From contig JBHLPH010000005.1 in NCBI GenBank assembly GCA_048939625.1, positions 32,001 through 96,000 of the forward strand: 64,000 nt of DNA, read 5' to 3'. Position numbers and translations under genes: made by a program. This document shows, piece after piece, positions 12,101-20,693 of this stretch. Each line of letters opens with the position of its first letter. Position 1 is the stretch's first letter. The notes under the pieces are model-generated. The model was given only the letters and a program-made list of their open reading frames with translations, was not told the origin of the DNA and did not search any database. Source of the stretch: Promethearchaeota archaeon (lineage in GTDB: Archaea; Asgardarchaeota; Hermodarchaeia; Hermodarchaeales; Hermodarchaeaceae).

Positions 12101-14217
12101 AAACGCACTTGACTTGTATACCCTTGATCTCGGGTCGTTTCTGCTGTGTATTCATTAGGTCCAGTCAATTGAGTAGGTTTAATCATGACATACTCTAAAT
12201 CATTGACTAGATTGATGGTTAGGGATAGGTGTGTGCCAGTATCATAAGTAGCATTCACATATCCATACCGGAAGAGTTCTACATAGACTTCTGCTGTCTG
12301 ACTCGGACTGATTGAATCGGTATCAAAAAGCAGTGAATATGCGCCGTATCCATTTGGTGTCATTGATTCATATTGCACTTGGAAATTGCGATCAATATAG
12401 CGAAGGCGGGCTGAAGCGTCCGTGATAAAGTCTAAAGTGTCATTATTCTGCCAGGTAACATTAACAAGAACTGTATCATCCCATATTACTCGTTGTTGGT
12501 TGACCGGGGAGATTTTAGTTGCTCGACTTGGAATAACAACTGTAAATGCTTCTTTTCGCATACCGCACTGAGTGGCATTATGAAAAGCCACCGTTGCGAG
12601 CCATGCACTTCCGGCATCCATTTCCTGGATACTGGGTATTTTCCAACCAGAACTTGTCAATGTCTCATTTTGATCATGGAATGTTGGTGAGGTTTCAGAT
12701 TTCCATAGAGTTTGGTTCGGGTAAAAGAAAGTGATATTCGCAAAGTTTCCTGTGGCTCCGAATGGACGTAATTGAGCCTTAAGGCGAATCCAGTCATTCG
12801 AAACAAAATATTCTCCTGAACTTACATTGGCCCAACCATTCACACCGTTTGAACTCTTTTGAAGGAATACTTGGAGAATATAATTGAGACTTATGGCATA
12901 AATCGAATATACTTGGTCAGATTGAACGACATCGTCATCTAATTTCACGAACCGACTAGAAGAATTATAGCTGTAGGCAGTTATCGATTGTCCTGTTTCA
13001 TTTTTTACTTCACTTAAGCTCCACAAGGATTCAAGATAAACTCCAAAGGAATAGCCGGTATGTCCACTTGGAGGTTGATTGCTTGTGTAGTTTATTTCCC
13101 AAATTGGATTGGCATCTACTGGAGCAGAAAAGGTGGTTGTCGCTTGGGTTGAGGATTGGTGCTTGATATACATCGAATATGAATAGTCAAAGGTGATAGT
13201 GAAGGAGGAATTGAATTGGAAGTTTTGAGTTGTGGACCAGCAATCCACAAGAGGGGTTTCTTCACGACTAGCAGGATCTGCATAGATGGTTATACTTCCA
13301 GTTTGGGCACCAGTATCCGAAATGGATTCATCATTCAGTGTGAGTGAAACCTCACTCGGTTTACTTGGAGTTTTCAAGACATACTGAAAATTATCAAAGT
13401 AGATGTGCCCATCAACGGAACTCCATTTAGATCCACCTTCCTTTTTCACTGTTATTCGAAGAGTGGCCGTGCCATTAATTGGAGTGGTGGTCATTGAGTG
13501 ATGGTCCCAACTCGTTGGATGATAACTACTAGTATTTTGTTGCCAGCTAGCAATGATCGAGGCTTGATATTCCAGAGTTACATTCACAAAGAGCCAGCTC
13601 TGTTGAGTAATATCATTAGAGAATTTGATATCAAACGAGAAGTTGAGGTTTGATGGAGAGATTGCTGACGTGTATTCAAATTCGCTTTCAAGATAGGCGA
13701 TTGCGGTGGTTAATCGTGTCCACCAATAGCGCAGGGTAATATCCATACAATCTCCGGTGGTCCCTCCTGTATTATTATCGATACTGTCGATAATTCGGTT
13801 GGCGTCGTTGTAAGGAACCTTACCATTTTGGGTCAGTGTCCAATTCTGTACTTCTTGATCGATATCACTGCCAGCAATGTGAAAATCTTCATTATACTTA
13901 TCAAAATCGCCGTTAGGAATTGGATCTTCCGTTCGGATGAGATTTGAAACACTTGTAACTAGTTGATATCCGCTATAACCCGGGTAAAACCAACTAGCAT
14001 CATAATCGAAAGTTGTAGAGTTGATTCCATCAGTAAAACTTGCACTATCATTGCGAGCAAACTCAAAAACATTGATTGACCCCCCACTTCCAGTATATGG
14101 TGAATTAGGCGGAGCACTACCGTAGACAGGAGAAATTGGATTCTCTGAAAATGAACCAAAAGATATGAAGGCGAAAAACAAGATTGCTGTCAACAGACGT
14201 ATTTTCATATTCCCCAT
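6145..14217 (-). CDS. Giant single-pass cell-surface glycoprotein with tandem Ig-like beta-sandwich repeats and a long cytoplasmic tail
   Basis: N-terminal signal peptide, abundant N-x-S/T sequons, repeated PWG(D/E)N..T / NGTY units, TM helix IIGVVLIIALLIWLAY, charged C-terminal tail; ATG at 14217 follows GGTGA. Confidence 0.88.
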   Translation of the reverse strand: MGNMKIRLLTAILFFAFISFGSFSENPISPVYGSAPPNSPYTGSGGSINVFEFARNDSASFTDGINSTTFDYDASWFYPGYSGYQLVTSVSNLIRTEDPIPNGDFDKYNEDFHIAGSDIDQEVQNWTLTQNGKVPYNDANRIIDSIDNNTGGTTGDCMDITLRYWWTRLTTAIAYLESEFEYTSAISPSNLNFSFDIKFSNDITQQSWLFVNVTLEYQASIIASWQQNTSSYHPTSWDHHSMTTTPINGTATLRITVKKEGGSKWSSVDGHIYFDNFQYVLKTPSKPSEVSLTLNDESISDTGAQTGSITIYADPASREETPLVDCWSTTQNFQFNSSFTITFDYSYSMYIKHQSSTQATTTFSAPVDANPIWEINYTSNQPPSGHTGYSFGVYLESLWSLSEVKNETGQSITAYSYNSSSRFVKLDDDVVQSDQVYSIYAISLNYILQVFLQKSSNGVNGWANVSSGEYFVSNDWIRLKAQLRPFGATGNFANITFFYPNQTLWKSETSPTFHDQNETLTSSGWKIPSIQEMDAGSAWLATVAFHNATQCGMRKEAFTVVIPSRATKISPVNQQRVIWDDTVLVNVTWQNNDTLDFITDASARLRYIDRNFQVQYESMTPNGYGAYSLLFDTDSISPSQTAEVYVELFRYGYVNATYDTGTHLSLTINLVNDLEYVMIKPTQLTGPNEYTAETTRDQGYTSQVRFYDPYFSTYVRNDSGIWKDNVRVNYTYYEDPADETSWTLIGTGDFVPDGVDPTVFIWYDSSYGDVEAVKYVVTMRVVGSYSWEYEWQNFTIIIRIVSFATNLDAERTQINYPPSGTSDGWTQFDNDTDVYTAHVYWNELFNITVRYINESTSTGVTGANVQILIGTSLIPLTETTNGYYYYILNSTTVGLGQTDLYVNATRSAHAAQTIKIRIIVESRVTQLTKDHPRSTAEIPYDDDFVVVFNFTDIVTGTPIFITDATVIVEGYASGKYSIQNFLNGTYAINFWGNVTEATFYVTVYFSRTNYTTQNQYFEITIRPIKTFASGSAVSGSVPWGENVTIVLVFNDTDHGFIGISAASIEFSWLDNILGVDYWIYDYGNGTYTITLNTSKVATGSQSYSINFGFAKTHYDTAQVSISFQVRDRLTALYITSVDPGTSVPWGDTLVITLTFNDTDDNFNPIPDATFTCDWDAFYWGYLYNPSSGVYILTIRTESRLEGSYTLHIYASKAHYQTFMTLQSFVSRSIQTNYQADPLFIPSQPWGDNLTIRVHYLDLDHGVYIPFAEVDTNWNASFHTIYWLGNGTYLLVINTTCREIGVHVIQIMLSRSHYVAQVVEIDLTLRNILTDISVDPAYFWSHPWGDNVTIRIEYLDQDHSSFVLNALITVDWNASYYTIYNLGNGTYLIELNTTCRITGTHSIEIILDKLHYVSQLVEVDLTLRNIQTGYTVNPAYIPSNPWGDNVTIKIEYIDFDHGTYISGALLALNWDAGYYTIYDLENGTYLVQINTTCRDVGSHSIDINVSLIHYISQNLQVDLILRNIQTDFEADSTVFPSHPWGDNVTVRINYLDLDHGGYVTNALISTNWNASYYSIFSFGNGTYLIQFNTTCRGNGLYITQVTLTWLHYASQNLQVRITLRDIQTDNAADPLYVSSHPWGVNLSITIDYLDTDHGGYVLGAFITADWDSGYYTIFDYQNGTYIVELNTTNRDAGSYTILITLNALHFESQQISVQFNLRGRNTYVSFAPPQPVPYLENLTFIIFYNDSETSAAIHNVSGYVHITLACTSHPAVSLNFTLTMLNNGLNGYLITIRTHNFIEVNAWYRFLVNVTWSNVVPYYQNHSLPISGYVRSIQTTLELDFDSFVYWGDLFYLNATYHDIDNDVVLYGGSVMVWLSWPSWSIVQNFSDGTYLLQINSSAEDIGLANFTIRYSLSYYDTAEQHVQFTINPLLLHVEVLSSSPWTTEYQTAVNISVRVTDIYDRLMNNTQVTYYWAGLNPENLVFMGSGIYNISFLANQSVGTYLVTIEASNLPNYQTSIGIILLNILPIDSTLTVQGPASAIVAGDSFQVSANFSTIYGAALPNATVYFNWAGGNATIPYVSGFTFRVIINSSGLDAGQYTIYITASHPNVIEQLRTVSVALIVMPAYLESDTPVILVEWGDSFTVLAEFYDNNLQPIIGATIHYNWGNLSGTLQPTGISGWYNTSLPSDIFAVGVYQLTLSCDHEGYQFAITSIGLNIQPRQTTLIIEEIYTELDDAEIIIPLDGTAWDVPRGDMLWLYFNFTDADGNIIFNATGSYSWELGSGRLQFIDELYVAQINLTDVTPGLYGISISLSRHNFETATAPYFQLNVIQVPTEITGLPDTITIFTGDTFTLHVTFRDTYHNIIISDATLYVTIPSLGLELRPMVNNGDGTYTLSGLSALIEGTSPITIESAAAPKYAQSQRSATLIVSLSPVARSAIQAGAIIGVVLIIALLIWLAYARVYSIPWIVRKMRKMSKSIDRGHTPSLSKGDIHRIQDRDNQLITIMTPSYEATSLEIQPIVLPLAELPIERRSEDDAILIELEHLEGLGEKQKEQLFEQMKKIPAKDRVWFMEDMKRQMAEGRFDYLKTGDVKAEAEDLPVKTSEERQLSPVEQASLVAVLREGLEQFSVISDDDKDALVQQLIIMTPEEREATIKKLMARMKGLQLEEPVLKPKLQKRKKKVDFDSSES
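9060..10545 (-). repeat. Five tandem 294-nt (98-aa) coding repeats
   Basis: PWG codon anchor (CCCCAnGG on +) at 9305, 9599, 9893, 10187 and 10481, exact 294-nt spacing; outer edges approximate. Confidence 0.9.
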
Positions 14218-14399
14218 ATGTATCACCAACTAGTGAGAAGTAGCGTCTTCAGTCCCCGCTGCTAAGCCGCTTCTTCTAGGCTTAGGAACGGAATTTAAAT
14301 AGATTTTGTGAAATGCACATCTAAGTGAACGAGCATCAATTTTTCGTAACATGAAAAATAATTATATGACAAACCCAGTTGGAGAACAGGATTTCAATT

Positions 14400-15371
14400 A
14401 TGACAGTCAAGCGATTCAATCTTGTTGTTGTTGGGCATCTCACAATTGATCTCACGAAATTTGGTGACAAAGAACGGAAGGGGTTAGGTGGCCCACCAGC
14501 ATATGCAATGGTAACCTCAGCCTTGGGCTTAAAAAATGTTGGAATTGTGTCTCGAATTGGGAAAGACTTTCCACAAGAATACTATGATACTCTAATCGAT
14601 TCTGGATTGGATCTTGAGGGTATTATACGAAATGAAGAGACGACTCAATTTACTAACATATACGACCAAAATGGTGATCGAACTCAATTCGCAAGCCATG
14701 TAGCACCTCGTTTGACCAGTTCCGATATCCCTAAACCGTACTGGAACACTAATTGGATGCATTTCAGCCCAGTCATTGGAGAAGTCGATCCTGCCCTCAT
14801 TTCAGAAGCAAGGGGACATGAGGTTAAGGTATCAGTGGATGCGCAAGGATTTGTCCGTACAGTAAAAAAGAAAGACAACACCATTCAGGGCTGTGACTGG
14901 AAAGGATTTTCAGAATATTCAAAGATGATTCAGATTCTTAAAGCAGATACGAATGAACTCTGTCAACTCGCCAAAAAGGTTCATTTCAAAGAAGCTGCCC
15001 ATTCAATTCACCAAAGAGGAGTTCCTATCATCCTGATAACTCGAGGTTACAAGGGAGCCTACCTTTCGCAAAAAGATAGTCTAAATAAAATTCCAATAAT
15101 CCCCGTGGAGCGAGTAATCGACCATACCGGGAGTGGCGATGTCTTTGCCCTCAGTTTTGTTAGAGAATATGAAAGTACCCAACGCCCTCTATGGTCTGCA
15201 TATTTTGCAACAACAGCGGCATCCTTTAATCTAGAATCGCCAGGCCCAACGAATTTTCCTTCCTACAAGGAAGTTTTGCATCGACTCCGAGCATTTCTTA
15301 CCCTGCCTGAAAACCGTGAGCAAACGGAACTACTGTTGAACGAACCAGGACCTGGTCACTGTCCCCTCTAA
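14400..15371 (+). CDS. PfkB/ribokinase family carbohydrate kinase
   Basis: VVVGHLTID, GG-P, ITRGYKGA, DHTGSGDVF. Confidence 0.9.
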   Translation: MTVKRFNLVVVGHLTIDLTKFGDKERKGLGGPPAYAMVTSALGLKNVGIVSRIGKDFPQEYYDTLIDSGLDLEGIIRNEETTQFTNIYDQNGDRTQFASHVAPRLTSSDIPKPYWNTNWMHFSPVIGEVDPALISEARGHEVKVSVDAQGFVRTVKKKDNTIQGCDWKGFSEYSKMIQILKADTNELCQLAKKVHFKEAAHSIHQRGVPIILITRGYKGAYLSQKDSLNKIPIIPVERVIDHTGSGDVFALSFVREYESTQRPLWSAYFATTAASFNLESPGPTNFPSYKEVLHRLRAFLTLPENREQTELLLNEPGPGHCPL

Positions 15372-15422
15372 GATTCAATCTAGCGTCAATCGTAGTAACA
15401 AATTCGTAGAGTGTCCGTAAAG

Positions 15423-15457
15423 TTTATATCGGTATCCGATAGTATCGCTTTCCGATA
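15423..15457 (+). promoter_or_regulatory. TATA box overlapped by two tandem TATCG-N5-CGATA palindromes (probable PadR operator)
   Basis: TTTATA 15423-28; TATCGGTATCCGATA 15427-41 and TATCGCTTTCCGATA 15443-57, directly upstream of the PadR gene. Confidence 0.7.
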
Positions 15458-15492
15458 TTCCCTTCATCGACACATATTTGGTTGTTTAGGAC

Positions 15493-16119
15493 ATGCACCC
15501 CAAACTACATGAACACCCATCGGAATCTTCAAGCACCGTCAAATCTCTCGGGAAAGGGTATATGCGTGCGATTATACTTGCATTATTAGCAGAGCAGCCA
15601 CGATATGGCTATGAAATACTCTACACGCTCGCAGAATCTAGTGATGGGTGGCGACCATCTCCAGGCACAATCTATCCAATTCTCCATGACCTACATGAGC
15701 GTGGATGGATTATGAAAAAAGAGAGTGCGCAAGAAGGTCGACGCCGCATCATTTACCGCATCGGAGCAAAAGGAAAGCGCCATCTTGAACATGACGCAAT
15801 GGAGCACGCTCGCTTTGTAGCGATGATGCGCAATATTCTCATCAAACATGGTGGTCCACACTTTCCTGGACCCCCTGCGTTCAATGTGGATAAGGCATTA
15901 CAACGATTACAAAATTTTAATTTGATTCTTGATGAGGCGCCATTGCTTCCTCAAGATATTGCATCGAACGATCCAGAAAGCCTTGTATTATTAAAGCGTC
16001 GACTTCGGTTGTTAAAAAACCACCAGATAAACATTGGGAAAGCAATTCAAAATGTCCAGAAGGAAATTCAAAACCGCGAGGAGAATTCCTCGCATCATAT
16101 ATCAGAAGTGGAGAAGTGA
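15493..16119 (+). CDS. PadR family transcriptional regulator
   Basis: ILALLAEQPRYGYEI...PSPGTIYPILHDL...RRIIYRI. Confidence 0.92.
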   Translation: MHPKLHEHPSESSSTVKSLGKGYMRAIILALLAEQPRYGYEILYTLAESSDGWRPSPGTIYPILHDLHERGWIMKKESAQEGRRRIIYRIGAKGKRHLEHDAMEHARFVAMMRNILIKHGGPHFPGPPAFNVDKALQRLQNFNLILDEAPLLPQDIASNDPESLVLLKRRLRLLKNHQINIGKAIQNVQKEIQNREENSSHHISEVEK

Positions 16120-17339
16120 CAACAATTAGTATTATCGAAGTGAAAGAACTAACGAAAGTCTTTGACGAGGAGCTAACGGCCGTCGATCATGTTTCATTCA
16201 GTGTAGAAGAGGGTGAAATCTTTGGTTTTCTCGGACCAAATGGTGCAGGAAAAACCACTACCCTTAACATGCTTGCCACGATCCTCCGACCAACAAGTGG
16301 AACAGCGGTTGTCAATGGATTTGATATTCACAAAGATCCAGACTCAGTTCGCCGGAGTATAGGCTTTGTTTTCCAAGATCCGACTTTAGATATCGAGTTG
16401 ACTGGTCGAGAGAATCTCGATTTTCATGGTCGTCTATATGGGCTGACCAAAAAAGAACGACAGGACCGTATTAAAGAAATTCTTGAGGTTGTCCAATTAA
16501 CAGATCGGGCAGATGCGTTTGTAAAGACGTATAGCGGTGGAATGAAGCGGCGACTTGAGATAGCTCGAGGATTATTGCATTACCCTAAGGTGTTATTTCT
16601 TGATGAACCAACTTTGGGATTAGACCCTCAAACACGTCGAGCAATTTGGGATTATATAATCAAACTCAACCAGGAAAATAACGTCACCATCATCCTAACC
16701 ACCCATTATACTGAAGAAGCGGACCATTTGTGTAATCGAATTCAAATAATAGATTTTGGAAAAATCGTAGCAAACGATACTCCTGGAAACCTGAAGGAAA
16801 CACTACAAGGCGATGTGGTGGGCCTCATCTTCAAAAAGGCTGAAGATGCCCAGTTGATGTTTCCTAAACTAAATAACCTTGATTGGGTGCAAAATGCGCT
16901 CCCAGTATCCAATAGTAGCAATAATGTGGGAATGAGCCAGTTTAGCCAATTAATGCGGCAGATGGTAGGAGGTACAGGAATGAATATGATGGGAGGCATA
17001 GGTGGCATGGGTGGAGGAGAAAAACCTCAGATGCATAAGGACCCAGAAAAGGTAGCTGAAATGAAGAAGAAGATGCAAAGTCACAGCGGCCCCTTGAAAA
17101 AGTTCCGTCAAATTAACTTGCTCGTTGATAATGCAAGCAAAAGGATTCCACAACTAGTAAAAATTGTGGATCAAGCAGGAGTCGAACTTGAATCCGTGCA
17201 AATGCATAAACCGACATTAGACGATGTTTTTCTTTCAGTAACTGGTCGAAGTATCCGAGATGAATCGGGTAGTATGATGCAAATGTTTCGTCGATTTCGA
17301 ACGCTACGCCAAGCTCGAGGAGGGCGAACTCCCCATTAA
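16116..17339 (+). CDS. ABC exporter ATP-binding subunit (DrrA-like)
   Basis: GPNGAGKTT, YSGGMKRRL, LFLDEPT, C-terminal PTLDDVFL; overlaps the PadR stop. Confidence 0.93.
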   Translation: MTTISIIEVKELTKVFDEELTAVDHVSFSVEEGEIFGFLGPNGAGKTTTLNMLATILRPTSGTAVVNGFDIHKDPDSVRRSIGFVFQDPTLDIELTGRENLDFHGRLYGLTKKERQDRIKEILEVVQLTDRADAFVKTYSGGMKRRLEIARGLLHYPKVLFLDEPTLGLDPQTRRAIWDYIIKLNQENNVTIILTTHYTEEADHLCNRIQIIDFGKIVANDTPGNLKETLQGDVVGLIFKKAEDAQLMFPKLNNLDWVQNALPVSNSSNNVGMSQFSQLMRQMVGGTGMNMMGGIGGMGGGEKPQMHKDPEKVAEMKKKMQSHSGPLKKFRQINLLVDNASKRIPQLVKIVDQAGVELESVQMHKPTLDDVFLSVTGRSIRDESGSMMQMFRRFRTLRQARGGRTPH

Positions 17340-17355
17340 CGAGGTGATATGTGAA

Positions 17356-18141
17356 ATGCAACCAATATCAGGACAAGCTATTTACGTAGTCTTACTTCGC
17401 GAACTTAAACGGTTCTGGCGAGCCAGAGCTCGAATTATAGCATCGATTGCTCAAAGCTTCTTTTTCCTCCTGATTCTAGGGTTTGGAATTGGAGGTTTGT
17501 TTGGAGGAGCAATGGGAGGTAGTTACCTTACTTATATCGCACCGGGAATTATTGCAATGTCATTACTGTTTGCTTCTGTCTTTTCAGGAGTTTCAGTGAT
17601 CTTCGATCGACAATTTGGCTTCTTCAAGGAGATGCTGGTTGCCCCAGTGAGTCGAACAAGCATCATTACAGGAAAGATATTTGGTGGGGCAATCACCGCC
17701 GTCATCCAAGGCTTGCTAATCCTCGTAGTATCAGCAGTCTTAGGAGCCTTTCTTCTCGATTTACGGTTCGCCATTGGCATTTTAGCAGGAATCGGAGTTA
17801 TGCTTCTCATTACTGCGGGATTTGTTGGGTTGGGTGTCGCCATAGGTTCAGCACTCACTGATTTCCATGCGTTCCAACTAATCAGCACCTTCATCATTTG
17901 GCCATTATTCATGCTCTCGGGAGTCTTCTTCCCCATTGACACTGCACCCATACCACTTCAAGTAGTCATGCTAGCCGATCCTCTATTCTATGGTGTAGAG
18001 CTCCTACGATTCTGTCTTGTAGGATATATAACGCCGATCCTTGGACCTTGGGGACCATTCATTGCGCTTGGTGTACTCGGAGGTTTCTCACTTTTGATGA
18101 TAGCGATCGGAACCTACCTCTTCTCCCGAGCTGAAGCCTAA
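17356..18141 (+). CDS. ABC-2 type permease (DrrB-like)
   Basis: Six TM segments; DRQFGFFKEMLVAPVSR, LSGVFFP, DPLFYGV. Confidence 0.92.
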   Translation: MQPISGQAIYVVLLRELKRFWRARARIIASIAQSFFFLLILGFGIGGLFGGAMGGSYLTYIAPGIIAMSLLFASVFSGVSVIFDRQFGFFKEMLVAPVSRTSIITGKIFGGAITAVIQGLLILVVSAVLGAFLLDLRFAIGILAGIGVMLLITAGFVGLGVAIGSALTDFHAFQLISTFIIWPLFMLSGVFFPIDTAPIPLQVVMLADPLFYGVELLRFCLVGYITPILGPWGPFIALGVLGGFSLLMIAIGTYLFSRAEA

Positions 18142-18142
18142 A

Positions 18143-18676
18143 TTAGCCTTCGAATTCAGAAGCCAGCATATCATAGAGAAGGAGATCGTGATATGCTCCT
18201 TCGAAAAATGAAGCCTGACGGCGTCGACCGCCAGGCTTGAAACCTATTTTTTTATAGACCTGCTGTGCCGGAGTGTTGAGATCATGAGTGAACAGCACGA
18301 TTCGGTGAAGGTTTAGCTGGTTAAAGGCGTATCTGAGAAGGAGTTGTAAAGCTTCGGTACCCTGACCTTTTCCACGGTGTTTGTTTTCAAAGATTACTAT
18401 AAATAACTCTGCTTTGCGGTTTATTTTGGCGACATTAAAAAGTCCGCACATACCAATGAGCTTATTTGTTTTGGTAAGGTCAATGGCGAAGAAGTATTTG
18501 CTATGGCTTTTTCGACCATCCCAAGTGCTGCGAATCCATTGTTTTAAGTCATCAGAGGAAAGTGGGTTAACGTTGTCTAAGAATCGCCGAGCTTCGAGCG
18601 AATTGTACACTTGGGCGATGTTAGGAATGTCGTCTAGTTCCAGACTGCGAAGTCGAATGGTTTTACCGGTGAACAT
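18143..18676 (-). CDS. GNAT acetyltransferase, RimJ/RimL family
   Basis: RGKGQGTEA, LNLHRI, YKKIGF. Confidence 0.9.
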   Translation of the reverse strand: MFTGKTIRLRSLELDDIPNIAQVYNSLEARRFLDNVNPLSSDDLKQWIRSTWDGRKSHSKYFFAIDLTKTNKLIGMCGLFNVAKINRKAELFIVIFENKHRGKGQGTEALQLLLRYAFNQLNLHRIVLFTHDLNTPAQQVYKKIGFKPGGRRRQASFFEGAYHDLLLYDMLASEFEG

Positions 18677-18679
18677 TGA

Positions 18680-19249
18680 CTATTGTTCCTCCTGTAGTGG
18701 ATAATGCGGGGGATGGTGCTCACGGAATTCGTCTTCAAGGATATCCATGAGGAGAGTGTTTTTGAAGCGACCATCTTGGAAAAGTGATTGGCGATGTGTT
18801 GCCGAGTGTTGGAATCCAACATTCTTGTACGCGTGGATGGCTCGGGGATTGTCTTCATTGACGATTAAGAAGGTGCTGTGTAAATTAAGGAAATTGAAGC
18901 CGTATCCCAAAAGGAGGTTAAGGGCTTCAGTGCCATAGCCTTTGCTCCAGTATTGCTTGTTCCAGATGGCGATACCTAACTCAGCAGATCGGTTGATTCG
19001 TTCAATAGAAAAGAGGCTGCAGGTTCCGATTAACAAGTGGCTGTCTTTGAGTTCAATCCCGAAGACGTATTCGGTTCCCTTTTGGCGATTTTCCCATGTG
19101 TTACGAATCCATTGTTCCTCTTCTTCACGACTGATTGGGATGAGATGTCCTAGAAAACGTCGCAGCTCCACGTCATTGAAGTGTTTGAGGATTTCTTCAG
19201 TATCAGACAGTTCTAATCCGCGTAATCGAATGCGCTTTCCTGTAATCAT
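18680..19249 (-). CDS. GNAT acetyltransferase, RimJ/RimL family (paralog)
   Basis: AELGI, WSKGYGTEA, NPRAIHAYKNVGF. Confidence 0.9.
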   Translation of the reverse strand: MITGKRIRLRGLELSDTEEILKHFNDVELRRFLGHLIPISREEEEQWIRNTWENRQKGTEYVFGIELKDSHLLIGTCSLFSIERINRSAELGIAIWNKQYWSKGYGTEALNLLLGYGFNFLNLHSTFLIVNEDNPRAIHAYKNVGFQHSATHRQSLFQDGRFKNTLLMDILEDEFREHHPPHYPLQEEQ

Positions 19250-19328
19250 GAGGACACGTCCAAGGTTTGAATTGAGATTGGAGGGAACGTTGTTCAGAGT
19301 GCTATTTTTCTGTTTCTTACCAGGATGT

Positions 19329-19862
19329 TTAATGTGGAAAATTCCAGCCCATCATCTCACGAATTGCATGACCTGTAAAGCTAGCCACTAGTATGAATGG
19401 CAACGCTAGCACGAGGAAGAGAATAAGACTCTGAGCATACAATAGCGAAAATGCCACAAGCACATCGGGAAGAATAGCCAACCAATCTGGGTAAACGCCC
19501 CACATCCATTGCCAGTGGGGAATTAACATAGATCCGTACGCAGGATTCTGATATAGGAGGAGTATTATGATGAAGTAGTTGAGAATGAGGAAGAGGAATG
19601 GTCCCATGAATCCAGCCACGACGACATCCTTGGTTTCAAAGCTGACGAGGAAACCAATTAGGAAAGCCATACCACCAAAAACAAACAAGTAAAAGAAGAA
19701 GTCAATTACAGCTGTGGGCGAAATAGAATTGATAATGTAAGTGAACTTAGTTCCAAAGATAAAGAAGTGGAGCCAATCGATCCCTAGGAAGCCTAGACAC
19801 ATGAGGAAAGCAATAAAGAAGGTGTGTCGCCAGCTGACTTTAGGTTTGATGTCCTGTGCCAT
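19329..19862 (-). CDS. Uncharacterised 4-TM membrane protein
   Basis: Hydrophobic segments; close paralog of 20694-21227. Confidence 0.85.
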   Translation of the reverse strand: MAQDIKPKVSWRHTFFIAFLMCLGFLGIDWLHFFIFGTKFTYIINSISPTAVIDFFFYLFVFGGMAFLIGFLVSFETKDVVVAGFMGPFLFLILNYFIIILLLYQNPAYGSMLIPHWQWMWGVYPDWLAILPDVLVAFSLLYAQSLILFLVLALPFILVASFTGHAIREMMGWNFPH

Positions 19863-19991
19863 GGATTCATGCCCCGTTTTTATGGTTAATAGAGATGTTT
19901 TCGACGGTTCCTAGGCTTCGTTTTGTTTGTATTAAAGTTGATGGTCTTGAACAACATTGCTAGCTGTTTTTTCAATGAAAATGCAGTAATA

Positions 19992-20510
19992 CTATAGGGG
20001 AACGAGGGTCGCACCGACATGAAAGATTAGACGATAAACCTCGACACGACCACTGCGAGTTTCAGCCAAGAAGGTTGTTTGAACAAGTGGTTCTAGTACA
20101 AGAACCCAGTTCCAATTCCCACTCGCCTCGGCTATTTGAAAGAGGTTTTGATCATTATCTGTCAGTGAATACTGCCAATTAAAATTCCGATATTCACCTG
20201 GTGGAATGACGACTCGACCACCTTTGAAACCGAACCCATAGTAGAGTTGATCTCCATTCAGAAAGAAATGTGTATCAGTATGAACTATCTCGGTTGAAAT
20301 GAAGAGCGCGGGATTGTAAATTCGCCCACTCACCTGCGCTCTCTGATATCTTCCAGTTGACTCATTTACAAAGACCTGAATTTCGGTTATCTCACATGCA
20401 AAACTCATGGAAGTATAAGTATCCGTTTGATAGATCATCGATAGCCCTAGTAAAACACTTGACCCGAGTATTACGGAAAGGAACAGGAGGATGCGTGTTC
20501 GCCGAATCAT
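19992..20510 (-). CDS. Uncharacterised N-terminally anchored beta-rich protein
   Basis: Basic N-terminus plus hydrophobic helix, then a soluble domain. Confidence 0.75.
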   Translation of the reverse strand: MIRRTRILLFLSVILGSSVLLGLSMIYQTDTYTSMSFACEITEIQVFVNESTGRYQRAQVSGRIYNPALFISTEIVHTDTHFFLNGDQLYYGFGFKGGRVVIPPGEYRNFNWQYSLTDNDQNLFQIAEASGNWNWVLVLEPLVQTTFLAETRSGRVEVYRLIFHVGATLVPL

Positions 20511-20693
20511 ATGAGTTCACACCCAGGTTTTTATCTTTTTCAATTTTCTTCTCCGTATTAACTCAGTGGTGGCGGCAATTATAATGTAGCGCTGGTTTTC
20601 TTAAATTATTTAACACTCAATTCCAATTCAGTTTATGTTTTGCTGAGCAAACTGAGAGGAGGAATGCGATTTCTCTGATTCTAACCTTTCTTG

